From: Mizuhopecten yessoensis
Lineage: Eukaryota
DNA length: 64,000 nt
Assembly: GCF_002113885.1 (NCBI RefSeq)
Contig: NW_018405306.1
Location: 128,161-192,160 of the forward strand
Direction: 5' to 3'
A program made the position numbers and the translations under genes. This document shows positions 10,961 to 22,900 of the stretch, in pieces. How positions within the stretch are numbered: position 1 is the stretch's first letter; the number at the start of each line of letters is the position of its first letter. A model generated the notes under the pieces. That model was not told the DNA's origin and ran no database searches. It saw only the letters and a list, made by a program, of their open reading frames with translations.

Positions 10961-13900
10961 GTAAGTCTTCTTTAATTTTTCTACCTTTTCCTGAAAAATG
11001 AATTCATATTGATCAATCAATATCATAGATTAAGAAAAAGGACTAATAAATGAACTCCTCGGAATGCTTTTAAAATCACTAATAAGGCCAATTTAAAAAA
11101 ATCTTGTGTTTCCACTAATTCTACCTACCCTAGAATTTTGTACCCTTAAGTTTTTAATGGCATTAAGTGATAAGCAATGTTAAAATCAGGACTCCTGCTC
11201 TATAGAAACAGTAAAAATATGTTTAAAAAACTTTTAAAAATACCTACCTCCTATATATTGTTTCTCTGAGGATGATAGCGGAAACACAAGTAAAAAATGT
11301 TTTGGTCTAATTACTGATCTGGCATAATAAGTCTCAAAACAAATTATTTAAATTTGATTTCAGTGGATATACTCAGATTGCGAGCAGGGAATTAGATTAC
11401 GAATATGCAGAACCGGTGGGTGATGAGACAAGTTTACAGATTGAGAGATTCCAAATTCGAGGCCAAAATGACTCCATATCTGATCTGGTAAGTGCTTTAT
11501 TAAGATTTTTCATTAATAGCAAGTAGTGCCATTTTAGTCTTTAATTTGTCTTTTATCAATTAATCATTGCGTAATTTATGTGTTTTTACAGTTATATTGA
11601 GCAATTTTGCTGATTTTTGTTCTTGTCTATCTAGCTTATTGACACCCAAACAAAATTGTTTTGATAAACTGTGTGAAGCGTGAGCGACTTTGTGACTTCA
11701 TGGTGTGTACACTCCAAAAAGACTACCACTCAGTGCCTAGTCTTGACCACATAGCTGACACACGTCCATTACAAATGTGTTTACCACACATCAGTGTGTT
11801 TTACCTTTAAACATAGGTAACCCCTAATGTTCACCTGTAGCACAACTGCAGACCCACCAAGGGCTTTGTTCTGGGTGTGACCAGGGTCACACAGATAGGT
11901 GAGGAATATGGGGATCCTAAATTTACTTTGAGGGATACAAACATCTTGACAGAATGTTTGATTATCATTAAACAGGCCAGATAGAAAAGGAAAACAAACA
12001 CAGGTCTGGCCTGCTTTTAAATTTTCAGTGTGTACTGTACGCCTGTACACAGCCCCACACACCATTACAAGTCTACAGCCACAACACCATGTGGTTGAGC
12101 TAAAAATAAACACAGGTAGCGTCTCTTCTGGTTGTCAAGGCAACCTGGTGAAGCTTTACTCATTAAAAGCTCTGACATTTGAGCCAGGTTTTCCCAAGGC
12201 CAGTAGGCATTCAGATATAGATTTTCCAGCCTCTGTAGCCACATATAATTATTGGACCAGGCTTTTCCCTTTGTGTAGTATGTAGCCTCGTAACAGAAGT
12301 CATTAACATAATAAATTCTCAGTGAACCCAGTGGTGTGTACCTATATTGTAGATTGAACAGCGCCTGATCTGGTACTTACCTGTACATGTCAGGACAGGT
12401 AGATAATTACGTACCTTAGCAAGACTGGACATGCCACATATATGTAGATATTTCAGTAACTTTAAAGCAGATATTTAGTCTCGAAATGCATCAGTGAGAC
12501 CATTGGATTGAACAGTTATATCTGTGATATATATTTATGTTAGAATTTTTCCTGTGATATTACATACACTCCGTCCAAAATGATTAAGTTTGAGAGAACT
12601 GGATTCACCACATACAGGGTAAGTGATTAGGTGTCGAGTTTATTAGTAACTCGGACCACATGGTGTTGTTAGTAATGTACTTAATTAGAAATTCTCAATA
12701 ATTTTCTTACGACAAAAAAGGGGGGGGGGGGTCAGAATGGGTGTTTATTGGGGGATTTCTTCATTAAATTGAAGTCATTAAGAAATATTAGGGTTAACAT
12801 AGAAATATATCTTTGATCATCCGTATAAACAGATAAATTATGTTTCAAATTTTTTATGTGTTTGAATTAAGAAAGAATTGTTGAAAATTGACATTGATTA
12901 TTGTTTGGTCATTTAACTTTATATTCTATTAATTTTAATCATTATTGAAACATCTCAATCATTCATTATCAATGAAATATTTGTGTACAAAGGTCAAGCC
13001 AGGTGTGTATGCTAATTATATCACTAGCTGCAGACTGTTGCTGGTGAGATCTGCTAAAAATACATCGGTTGATCAATAAATATTGATAGATTTTTCATAA
13101 GAAGCTTTATGAATAGAGGGAAAAGTACAATTTTTTTGTGTTCAACAAAAGCAATTCAGACATAATTTCGAAATTAATTCTCTAAAATATTATTGGAAAT
13201 GTGTTTTCAAACATTTAAAATGTTATTGTTGATTATTTACACTCAGTTTTAAAATACATCTTTTGTTTTGTATCGTTTTAAGTCTTCCTATACAGTACTT
13301 ATCTATTCTTTCATAATTTTATTTTGTGAATATATTGACAAAAACAATAAAGAAAATTTTGTTAAAATAGCGATGTGTGTCCCACTGAAGGTATGAGTGG
13401 GTAGACTTGTACTCAAAATGTCAGGTTGTTCTTATCTGTAATGATATTCATAGACACAAGTAGGTCTAACATGATTACTTCATACCTATCGGCTGGTCAT
13501 ATATATCTACCACACTGACCTACATTATTGATTTATTATCTTACACTACTTATCTCCTTATTAACTGTTGTGAAGCAGAGCCTAATATGTACTGGTTTAT
13601 ACTGAGTTTACCTACCACATGATATAATAAAACTTCTATTTTTTTGAAAAATTTGTTCATAAATTTATTTCTTCTCCAGAAATATTAAGTAATAATACTG
13701 ACATTTTAGTACAAGTGTTAAATATACTCTCAAATTAAAATCAAAATTAAAAGCATCAATAATTTACTACCAGAATATCTAACAAGCGAAGTGTACACAC
13801 AGGAACATGATGGTAAAGATACATAACAAGCAAGGCATAATTGATCGTGAATTAAAATTAAATCAATTTGACAATCTCATGTTTTGATAGGTGTATTCAA

Positions 13901-16900
13901 ATTTATTAAATGTAAGAAAGGTAAAACATATCCATGTTCCCACTCAGTTTTTAATTATGTGGTTGACTTGAAAAAAATAGCTAGTTAACATTCACCTGCT
14001 TTAATGTTGATCTATACCTAAACATATTTTTTTGAGGGAAATTGCTGTTTCAAAGTTGAAGAACAGCAGGCTGTTTTTGCTGGCAACCAGCTTTTAATGA
14101 AAACACTCATGTTACCTTTAAGGGGATATACTTTGTAAAAAGTTAAATTTATCAGATGTTTCATTTTGATGTCGTTGCAGCTTAACCCTATCATCGCTAA
14201 CACAACATCGGCCAGTTCTATGAGCCCAGACTCCCAAACCAACATCATCGGCAGCTCAGCATCCAGCCCATACAATGATGTAAGTATCTGTGTTAGTTTG
14301 TGTCAGTTTTCGTAGAACAGTGCATGTAATGACTTAGTAATGCTTTCACCATGAATAGGTACATATAATGTAGATATTTCTTCACAATCATATTCACAAT
14401 TAGATTCGGATTATGTATACTTAAATATTTCAAACATGTTTTTGGAATATTTCATGCTTAGTGACAATTTATTTCATACTATTGACATTAAATTCACTGT
14501 AAACTTGAAATCTTCAAGATTTAAGTTGTTAATTTGGTTTTTTTATTGACTTGGAATTTCATTGTTTTTTTTCTAAGTTTAGTTGTGTTTGTGCTCACTG
14601 TTTGATGTTGTTGTAATGTGGATGTGTTAATTTCAGACCATCACATCCCCGTCCCCATATTCACCTCACACGGGAATGCAGTCCCCCATTCCATCAGTAC
14701 CATCAAAGTAAGTCAATCTCCTCCTCACAATTCAATATTTTCATCAGTAAAGGGCATTTCGTTATTGTAATTTCCATCGTTTTCATCAATTTCCATTGTT
14801 TTCATCAATTTGAAGTCAAAGTGTGAATGAAAATTTTGTTTATTTCATTAAAAATTTGTCTTCACTTTTGTATTTGAACCTGTACTTCAAAAAAAAAATG
14901 TTTAGGTTTCTTGTCAATATCATTTATTTTAAGGATATCTTAAAAATAATAATTCAACAAAATAAAACAATATCATCATACATCAAGATACTTGTTTAAA
15001 ATTTTCTTTTAAAAATAAAATTGTAAAAGAAATGTATGTATTTATTTTATTGACTTATTGATAATAGCCGGGTGGGGATAGGCAATTTGCATGTGGCTTT
15101 ACTGTGGTGAACTTTGTAGAAATATTGGAACAAGTTATCATGACACAAGACATTGTTGTAGTATTGCTCCAAAATAGATTATGTACGTAACACAATGGCG
15201 TGTTTGATAGCCTTGGGGTGCTCTACAGCATTGGCCATTGTACGTGTTCCAACTTGAAAGCCCAATTTAAATCTCCCCAGAATATTGATGTTATCAGAAA
15301 AGTCATAAGGTAAACAAGCCGGGTCCCACAGGCTAAACCTGTACAACGACTAAACAGCATTGTAGGTTTCCATTAGACAGGTACATTAATTAATAGTTCA
15401 AGGTAGCGATCAAAAACTTCTCTTCAATTATTAATAACAGAGAATCATTTCAAAATGAGCACATGTGTAAAATGTATCAACCTGTGTGTACAGTAAAGTT
15501 TGAAATTCCCCTTTTTGCTAAAAATGGACTCTTCTGGCTTAGTAGTTAAGTGTTGACACAAAGGCCAGTGTATACTATAGTGTACCTGAATTTGATATGA
15601 AGGAGGGGAGGCACTATTGACTCACTCTGGTATTGATCTCCCTATGAAAGAACTAGTTTTTTCCCCCATTTATGCTAGTTCCTGGCTAATGAACACGAAC
15701 AAAAGTGAGGGATTGTCCTATTGGGACTGGTACCGTTAAATAACCGTAATCTAGGTCAACGACTCAGGAAATATTTTATGCTAGGCAGAATGCCTTTGTG
15801 TGACAAACACCAGCACATACTCCATTAGAACCACGCTTGGAGATTAAATATCCTGTATACATACAGGGCTGTGAATTCAAAATGGCCAGACAAAAATCTA
15901 TACCATAAGAGCGTTGTTCGTCAGGCTTGATCGACTTCTGTAATGGAATCAAAAACAACCATTCCAATGCATACGAGATATTTTCAATTACCACATTAAC
16001 ACATAGATTGTTTTATCTGGCAACTAAAAGAACAGGAAATGGGGATTTTTTTTCTTTATTCAGTTAACAGTGATATCTTAATTTTACCTCCTGTAGTATT
16101 CAGGGAAAGTCTATCATATTTCTTACAACACCACGAAGGAAAATATGATATTCCTACAACTCTCTGCAAGGCTTTCCACACAGATTTTCAATTCCGATTC
16201 TGTTCTTGTCTTTACAGCACAGACTATGCTGGAGAGCATGGTTTCGAGATATCATTTTCACAGCCATCGAAAGAAACAAAATCCACTACCTGGACAGTAA
16301 GTATACATACCACTAGTACAATAATTATCACATAGCAAGGCTGTTATGCATGTGGGAATTGAATTTACACCTGTTGTGTAAGAATCAGTTGTCACACCAG
16401 CCAAGACAGGTTAATTGGTCCAAAATACACTTGTACGTCTGATAATAATAATATTTACATATTCTAGGGTACTGTGTTTCATTCTCCTTTATTCAGCAAT
16501 GGAAACAAGTGCATTTTTGTCATAAATACATTGTACATATAAACCAGGAACTATGTAGTGGTACAATGCATTAAATGATAAACTGGTAATATTTCGTTAA
16601 CCTAAATATTACTTGACAGTTGACATTGAAGGCATCACAAATTTCACACATGGTTTATCACATGAATTAATTAACCAAATCAAGTTAATTACATTAACGG
16701 GCGTCACAGTTGTACAAGCACGCAAGAGGGCAGGCAATTAGAATAGCTTCTGACTACCAAGCTATCTTTGGATCACAAATAGCTGTTATAGTAATAATGT
16801 ATGAAGGTTCAGTTTTAAAATGAAGTGAAGTGTCATAAAAGTTTCGCCCTTTCACTTCTATCCTTATGAAAGTTGGTTGTTGTCAAGCTGCAAATTACAC

Positions 16901-19900
16901 AAGATTGAAGAAAGACTCTGTAGTAAGTGTTAAACTGTTGGAATTAGCTGGGAATATAATCGCTTAAAATTTCAGTATTTTAAAAGTTCCTTTATTTTTT
17001 ACTTGCAGTACTCAGAGGTGCTTAAAAAATTGTACGTACGAATGGCTACAACATGTCCTGTGAGATTCAAGTGTTTACGAAACCCTCCTCCTGGCTGTGT
17101 TATTCGTGCCATGCCCATCTTCATGAAACCTGAACATGTTCAGGAGACTGTCAAAAGATGTCCTAATCACGCAACTTCAAAGGAACACAACGAAAGTAAG
17201 TACCAGTTGATCAGTTTCAAATTAACCGAATAAAATTTCAATTTTCAATATTGATTTCTGTCATTTAAATTACCAATGTAGTGAGAAGTGTTTGAGGAAG
17301 TGCCTGGTTCTGTTACAGAAATTAATGAAAAAATTATTGGCAAATTTTGATCACTGAATCGGTAAAGAATATTTGTTTCCCGAGGCGAAAAATGGCATGA
17401 CCTTACTTTTCCTGATTAGCTTCTGTGTGTTATCAAAAGACTGAATATGTCAAAATGTTTGCAAAACAGTCAGGGGTGTACGAATAATTAATTGATAGTG
17501 CTGCTGATTGTTTTCAGCATGATGTTCTGCTGTACAAAGGCCACCTGTTATAGTTATTGATCAATAAGCCATTAGGGTAATGAATGTTGTTCATTAATGA
17601 ATAATGACTATTTGTCAGAGCTTATTGACACGTGTTTCTACTATTATCAACAAAGTTGTAAATATAATTAGTCCCAACGAAATAGAAATTAAAATTGAAA
17701 ATATGCAATAGTCTGCTTTTAGACTTAGTTATTGATTTTTTTCTCACAAATTTCGGAATTTAAATTTAATTATTGACTTTATTTCTTCAGATCATCCTGC
17801 ACCTACTCATCTTGTCCGTTGTGAACACAAACTTGCCAAGTATACAGAGGATGGCTATACTAGCCGACAGAGTGTACTCATTCCCCACGAACATCCCCAA
17901 GGTAATGGTCTAGTTCTCAAAAGTGACATTCATTCACATATTTTGTCACAAACAAACAAAACCAGTTTAGAATAGAAATGATTGTATTTCAACAGTGCAA
18001 AAAATTAAAATGAAATGACAATTCCATTTTCTACTATATTTTTTTGAAGGCAAATATTTACAATTGCAAATTTTGCTTTGAATTCTTGAAATACTCATTA
18101 GACTAATATTAATATGGTTTTTTCTACAGCTGGTTCAGAATGGGTGACAAACCTTTTCCAGTTCATGTGTCTTGGTTCCTGTGTTGGTGGTCCCAACAGG
18201 CGACCAATCCAGATTGTCTTCACATTAGAACGAGAGTAAGTAATTCATATCTTAACAGAGGGTAACTATTCCGGGGGGGGGGGGGATTTCATTTATATAA
18301 TTTTCCAAGAGATGTAAAATGGAAAATTTGTCAATTTTATTATCTTTAAATGTTTCTCTTACTCTAAACATTGAACAGAAGAAGAAGAAAAGGGAAAATA
18401 GTTTTAAGATGAAACAACCAAAAAAATATGACTAGCTGGCCGATGCCTTAACTCATTCATCCCTACATATTTAAATTGGACTTGCCCAGTCTTTGATTTG
18501 GTAAGGTCCGAATGTGACTTTAGAGGTGAAAGGGTTAATGATTTAACAATGCAGTTATTATAAATAACAGTTTATGAAAAGAAACTTCAAAAGACCTGTG
18601 AAATAATGAGTTGAACATTTTAAAGTGTGCATATTAATTTTCATGTTTGGAAGAAAGCAATTATAATGGTGGTGTCAACTTTTGTTGTAGTAACCAGGTG
18701 CTAGGCCGTAGAGCCGTTGAGGTGAGGATCTGTGCATGTCCTGGCCGTGACAGAAAGGCGGACGAAAAAGCTGCTCTTCCTCCTTCCAAGCAATCTCCAA
18801 AGAAAGTCAACGGTAAGTTGGGATTCATATTAAGTTTAAAATGGAACGTGTTTGTAATTCAACATTAATTGAAGAAAACATTAATGGTTCGTATTAAAGT
18901 GAAAGACTTGCAATTCTTCTTCTTTAAATCTTGTAAAATGGATTTGTGAATTTTATTTTCATGGATTTGTGAATTGTGATTTCACTTTCTTTTGAAGGTT
19001 TCGGAAAGGTAACCATGGGAACAGAAATCACATCCATCGGCCCTGGAGGCAAAAAGAGGAAGATTGATGGAGAGGAAGCATTCACTCTTACGGTAAGATT
19101 TTTGAACACTTGCCCCAAAATTCAGAATGATGTGAATAATGAACATTTTGTCATAACAAGTGTAGACAGTGTTTCTTTAGGCCTGTATGATTAAATAGTA
19201 CAGTATGTTATATGCCGTTTTAAAAACGTCTCAAAAAAACAAAACAAACGTATAAATAGTTTCTTTGTAACAGGCCTCCTAATGTTTGAAAGGACATCAC
19301 GATCATGTTCTGATGATTGGTTGTTTCAGGTGCGAGGACGCGAGAACTACGAGATCCTGTGTAAGCTAAGGGACTCCCTTGAGCTGTCATCTATGGTTCC
19401 ACAAAACCAGGTGGAGTCGTACAAACAGAAGCAAGTGGAGATAAACAGACAGTAAGTACATGTCACTGTGTCTATCATTGTACTGTGTAGTGGTGTAGTG
19501 ATATAGTCTTGATGTCATCAATATCTGTGTAGTCGTAGCATTCATATACTCCAGTCATATTGCCATTTCCAAATCCTTATCCGTCAGAATTAACAGCCAA
19601 AAAAATCAACTTGGCCAAAGCAAACCATGCTTTTAAAATGTTGGAAAATGAGTAAAAGTTCAAAGAAAAATCTTCCTAACGAAATTTTGTGAATTGTACA
19701 ACAAAAGTAAACAGCAACTTTCATTTATGGGAGTGTTAGGTCAATCAAAATAACCTACTGTTTCTTTTTTAAATAAAAATGTAACTTTATTTCCATTATT
19801 TAACTGTTTAAAAAATTGTGGGTAATAACAATTTTGGGGAAAATTTCACTTTAAATTATCAGTGGCAGAATAAAGATTTGGAATACATGGCAATAGGACA

Positions 19901-22900
19901 CATTTTATCATCAGTGAATAAAAACCTGCTGGAAAAGTTAAGGTGGGTGGCAGGTGCAAATTGAGGACTGGAGAGCCACTTCTGCTGGAAATCGGAGAGT
20001 CAGTAAAGGGGAGATAACTCAAGGCAACACAGCCAACTCTACACACTGCACTAGAAATATATAATAAAAGTTTAGGAACTACACCATTGAGTCGAATAGC
20101 ATAAGAATAACAGAATCTGCTGTATTCAATTTTAAGAATGAGAGAGGTATGATGCACTTTGATTTGTTTTAAAAGAACAATTGATTGAGATGAATGGCGT
20201 GTGTGAGAGAGAAACTTGCTTGTGAACTAATCACACCCTCAGCTTGTTAGGTGATGTATAACCATGATTTGACCATTCCATCTGTCTGGTGGGATCGTGG
20301 TACACATGCATTTCAGGTCTTTTAAAGTTGTGGATTACCTTTTTACAGGCCTTCTATTCAAGTCTCAGACTTTGAGCCCAATCATAGTGACTTTTTCGCG
20401 AAGCTGGAACCATCAGAAGTGTCCTTTCCCTCACTTTTCACCGGCAGCCACCTGAACTACAAACAGCAGTTCAATTTCTCAAGAAATGAATACATAGTCC
20501 CTGAAGTGTAGTAGACTCATCCATTTAGTGTGACTTTTAATGAACAAAAAAAAAAGAGAAATGTCGTAACGACAGATCAAAAACTGAATAGAGCTAAACG
20601 GCTAAACTTGTGCCTGCTCATTTCAGGTGGCTGTCGATGATTCTGGCTCGGGAAAGTAAAAGCAAGATGATGAAAAAATCCAAACGCCCACTAGCAAAAC
20701 CTGGCAAAGTGATCAAACCTAAGACATAGACTAATAAGACGTTGAAAAGCCAGTAATATCATGGGGCTTTGATATTCCACCAAGCTACAGAAAGAGACAG
20801 TTCAAGGATATTGACATCATCTACTCTGACCTGGTGAAAGAGCCGTGGATATCCAACGAACAGTCTCGAGCTGATATTCCTGATGTCCGTGTCACATGTT
20901 CAGCACATCGCCTATCTCTGCTTGGACATGCCAGGGTAGATACAAGTGCTTGCCGAATTTCTTCCTTGGACAGCCGATCCATTCTCTGAAGTGTTTGAGA
21001 TAGATCAGGAACCGCACCATTGTCCTAATTGCGTGGATGAGATCCAGACACTGTCATTGGCCTGAAATCTCTTTGATGAAGGGGTGTCACCACTGCTCTT
21101 ACCATCATGGAGGGACTCAATACAAGGGCATCAAAAATGCCAATAATTCCCAATGTGTTCATAAACATTTTATATTCAACGATCTTCATTTAAACACATA
21201 TTCCATTGAATAGTACAAATAATGATTTGTGTACATATATTCATTATAATGAATCCATTTTGCATGAAACATCTGATCATTTTTTTTTTTTGGAAATAGG
21301 ATCTTTATTTTAAAGTGTCACTTTGTGTTCTTTTGTTTGGATTTTATTTATTGTTTTGTTTTGAAACATAAGTTATATGTTAAATCTGAACTTTGAAAAA
21401 AATCATACAAAGTTCTAATGCAGCATAAAAGTTTGCATTTTAAAACAAAAATCATTATTTGACTAAATTTGAAACTGTATTTTTAATTATTTTTTATCCG
21501 TCCATTTGATTAGTTATACCATGACTCTGGTAGTTATTTTTTAGAATTAATTGTTTGTTCAAAATCTCCTGTTGAAAAGATTTTAAAGAAGACAAGGAAT
21601 CTCTTTTTATCACAAAGAAGGTTTTGTATCATTTGTATTCTATATATAGCTTATTAATTTATGTATATTTTTGCATTAAAGAAAGAATAAGTGCTTCTTA
21701 CTTCAATCTGGAAATGATGAGAAATTATCATTTTTAGTTTCTTTTTCAAAGCCGTGCTGATAATTTAAAAATATGTATATAAATATTGATATTTAATTTT
21801 ATTTATATTGTACATAGTACAGTTTTGTTTCTGTAATTCTATCGTGTGAATTAACTCATATGAACAATTATATTGGAAACTGGGTTTTATACACAGTTTC
21901 TTTATATTTATTTATACTCTGTACATTCTCAAATAAAATAGTAGTGTATATTTGTTGTTAGTTGTTCTCATTCAAGTTATCAGATCAAGATTCAACCCAT
22001 GACTACTCTTTGGACCTCCCTCATTAGGAGGGAGACTCCCTCATTTTGACCAAAATTCACCAATCTCCCTCGAAACTCCACATTCAAGTCTCAACTTGCA
22101 CAAACTGAAAATCTACATCCTGTGGTCAAATGATCTCCTAGTTATTGCCCGGTGTGTGTAATTACAACAGATGTGTCTGAATCAAATGAATAACTTTTTC
22201 GAGCTATTTTGATACATAAAAAGGGAAAGATAAATTGAGCAAAGCAGTTTAAGTTGGATTTCATGCACTTTCTCCCACATTGGAAATATGGAAAAATGAG
22301 GGATATATCCCTCATTGGAGGTGTCAGGGGTTGACACCTATGTCTTTGGTACATGCTGTTTATCAAGGAAAATTTTCACCCAACGGTACTTAAAGCCTTC
22401 ATGGTGTAGTCATGATGAAATTTGATCTGGCAAAAGTTAAGATGTGACAAACAGCTTTGTATTCATAACACTGTGTCTGGTATATATCGAAGCTCTTGCC
22501 ACTTTCAAATCTTTGTTTAGCTTGCAATTTTCTTAAGGTCTTAAAAATGTGTGCATTGTTATTTTGAATGCATACACCTGTTAAGTTCGCATTTGATATT
22601 TTCAAAATATGATGACAAAATATTTAGAATAATGAAAAACAACACTCCGCTTACCATGATTTGAATAGCTTGCCATAGAGTTACAGTTCACTAGACACGA
22701 ATAGGAAATGTCTATCAGAATGGTTTGAATTCACTTAAATCTCAAATATTTGTTAATTTCTTAGATAAAATATTTTGATATTTAAATTTTATGATGCATG
22801 AAAAATGCAGGATTTCAACTTTGTCTCTTTTGTCGGTATACTGACCATTTGATTTGACCGCACCAAGTTGTTGTGATCTATACAGATAGAACTTTTGTTC

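Noticed and set aside
14018-14275. Minus-strand ORFs over p53-family exons (also 18924-19118)
   Set aside because: Antisense shadows of real coding exons.
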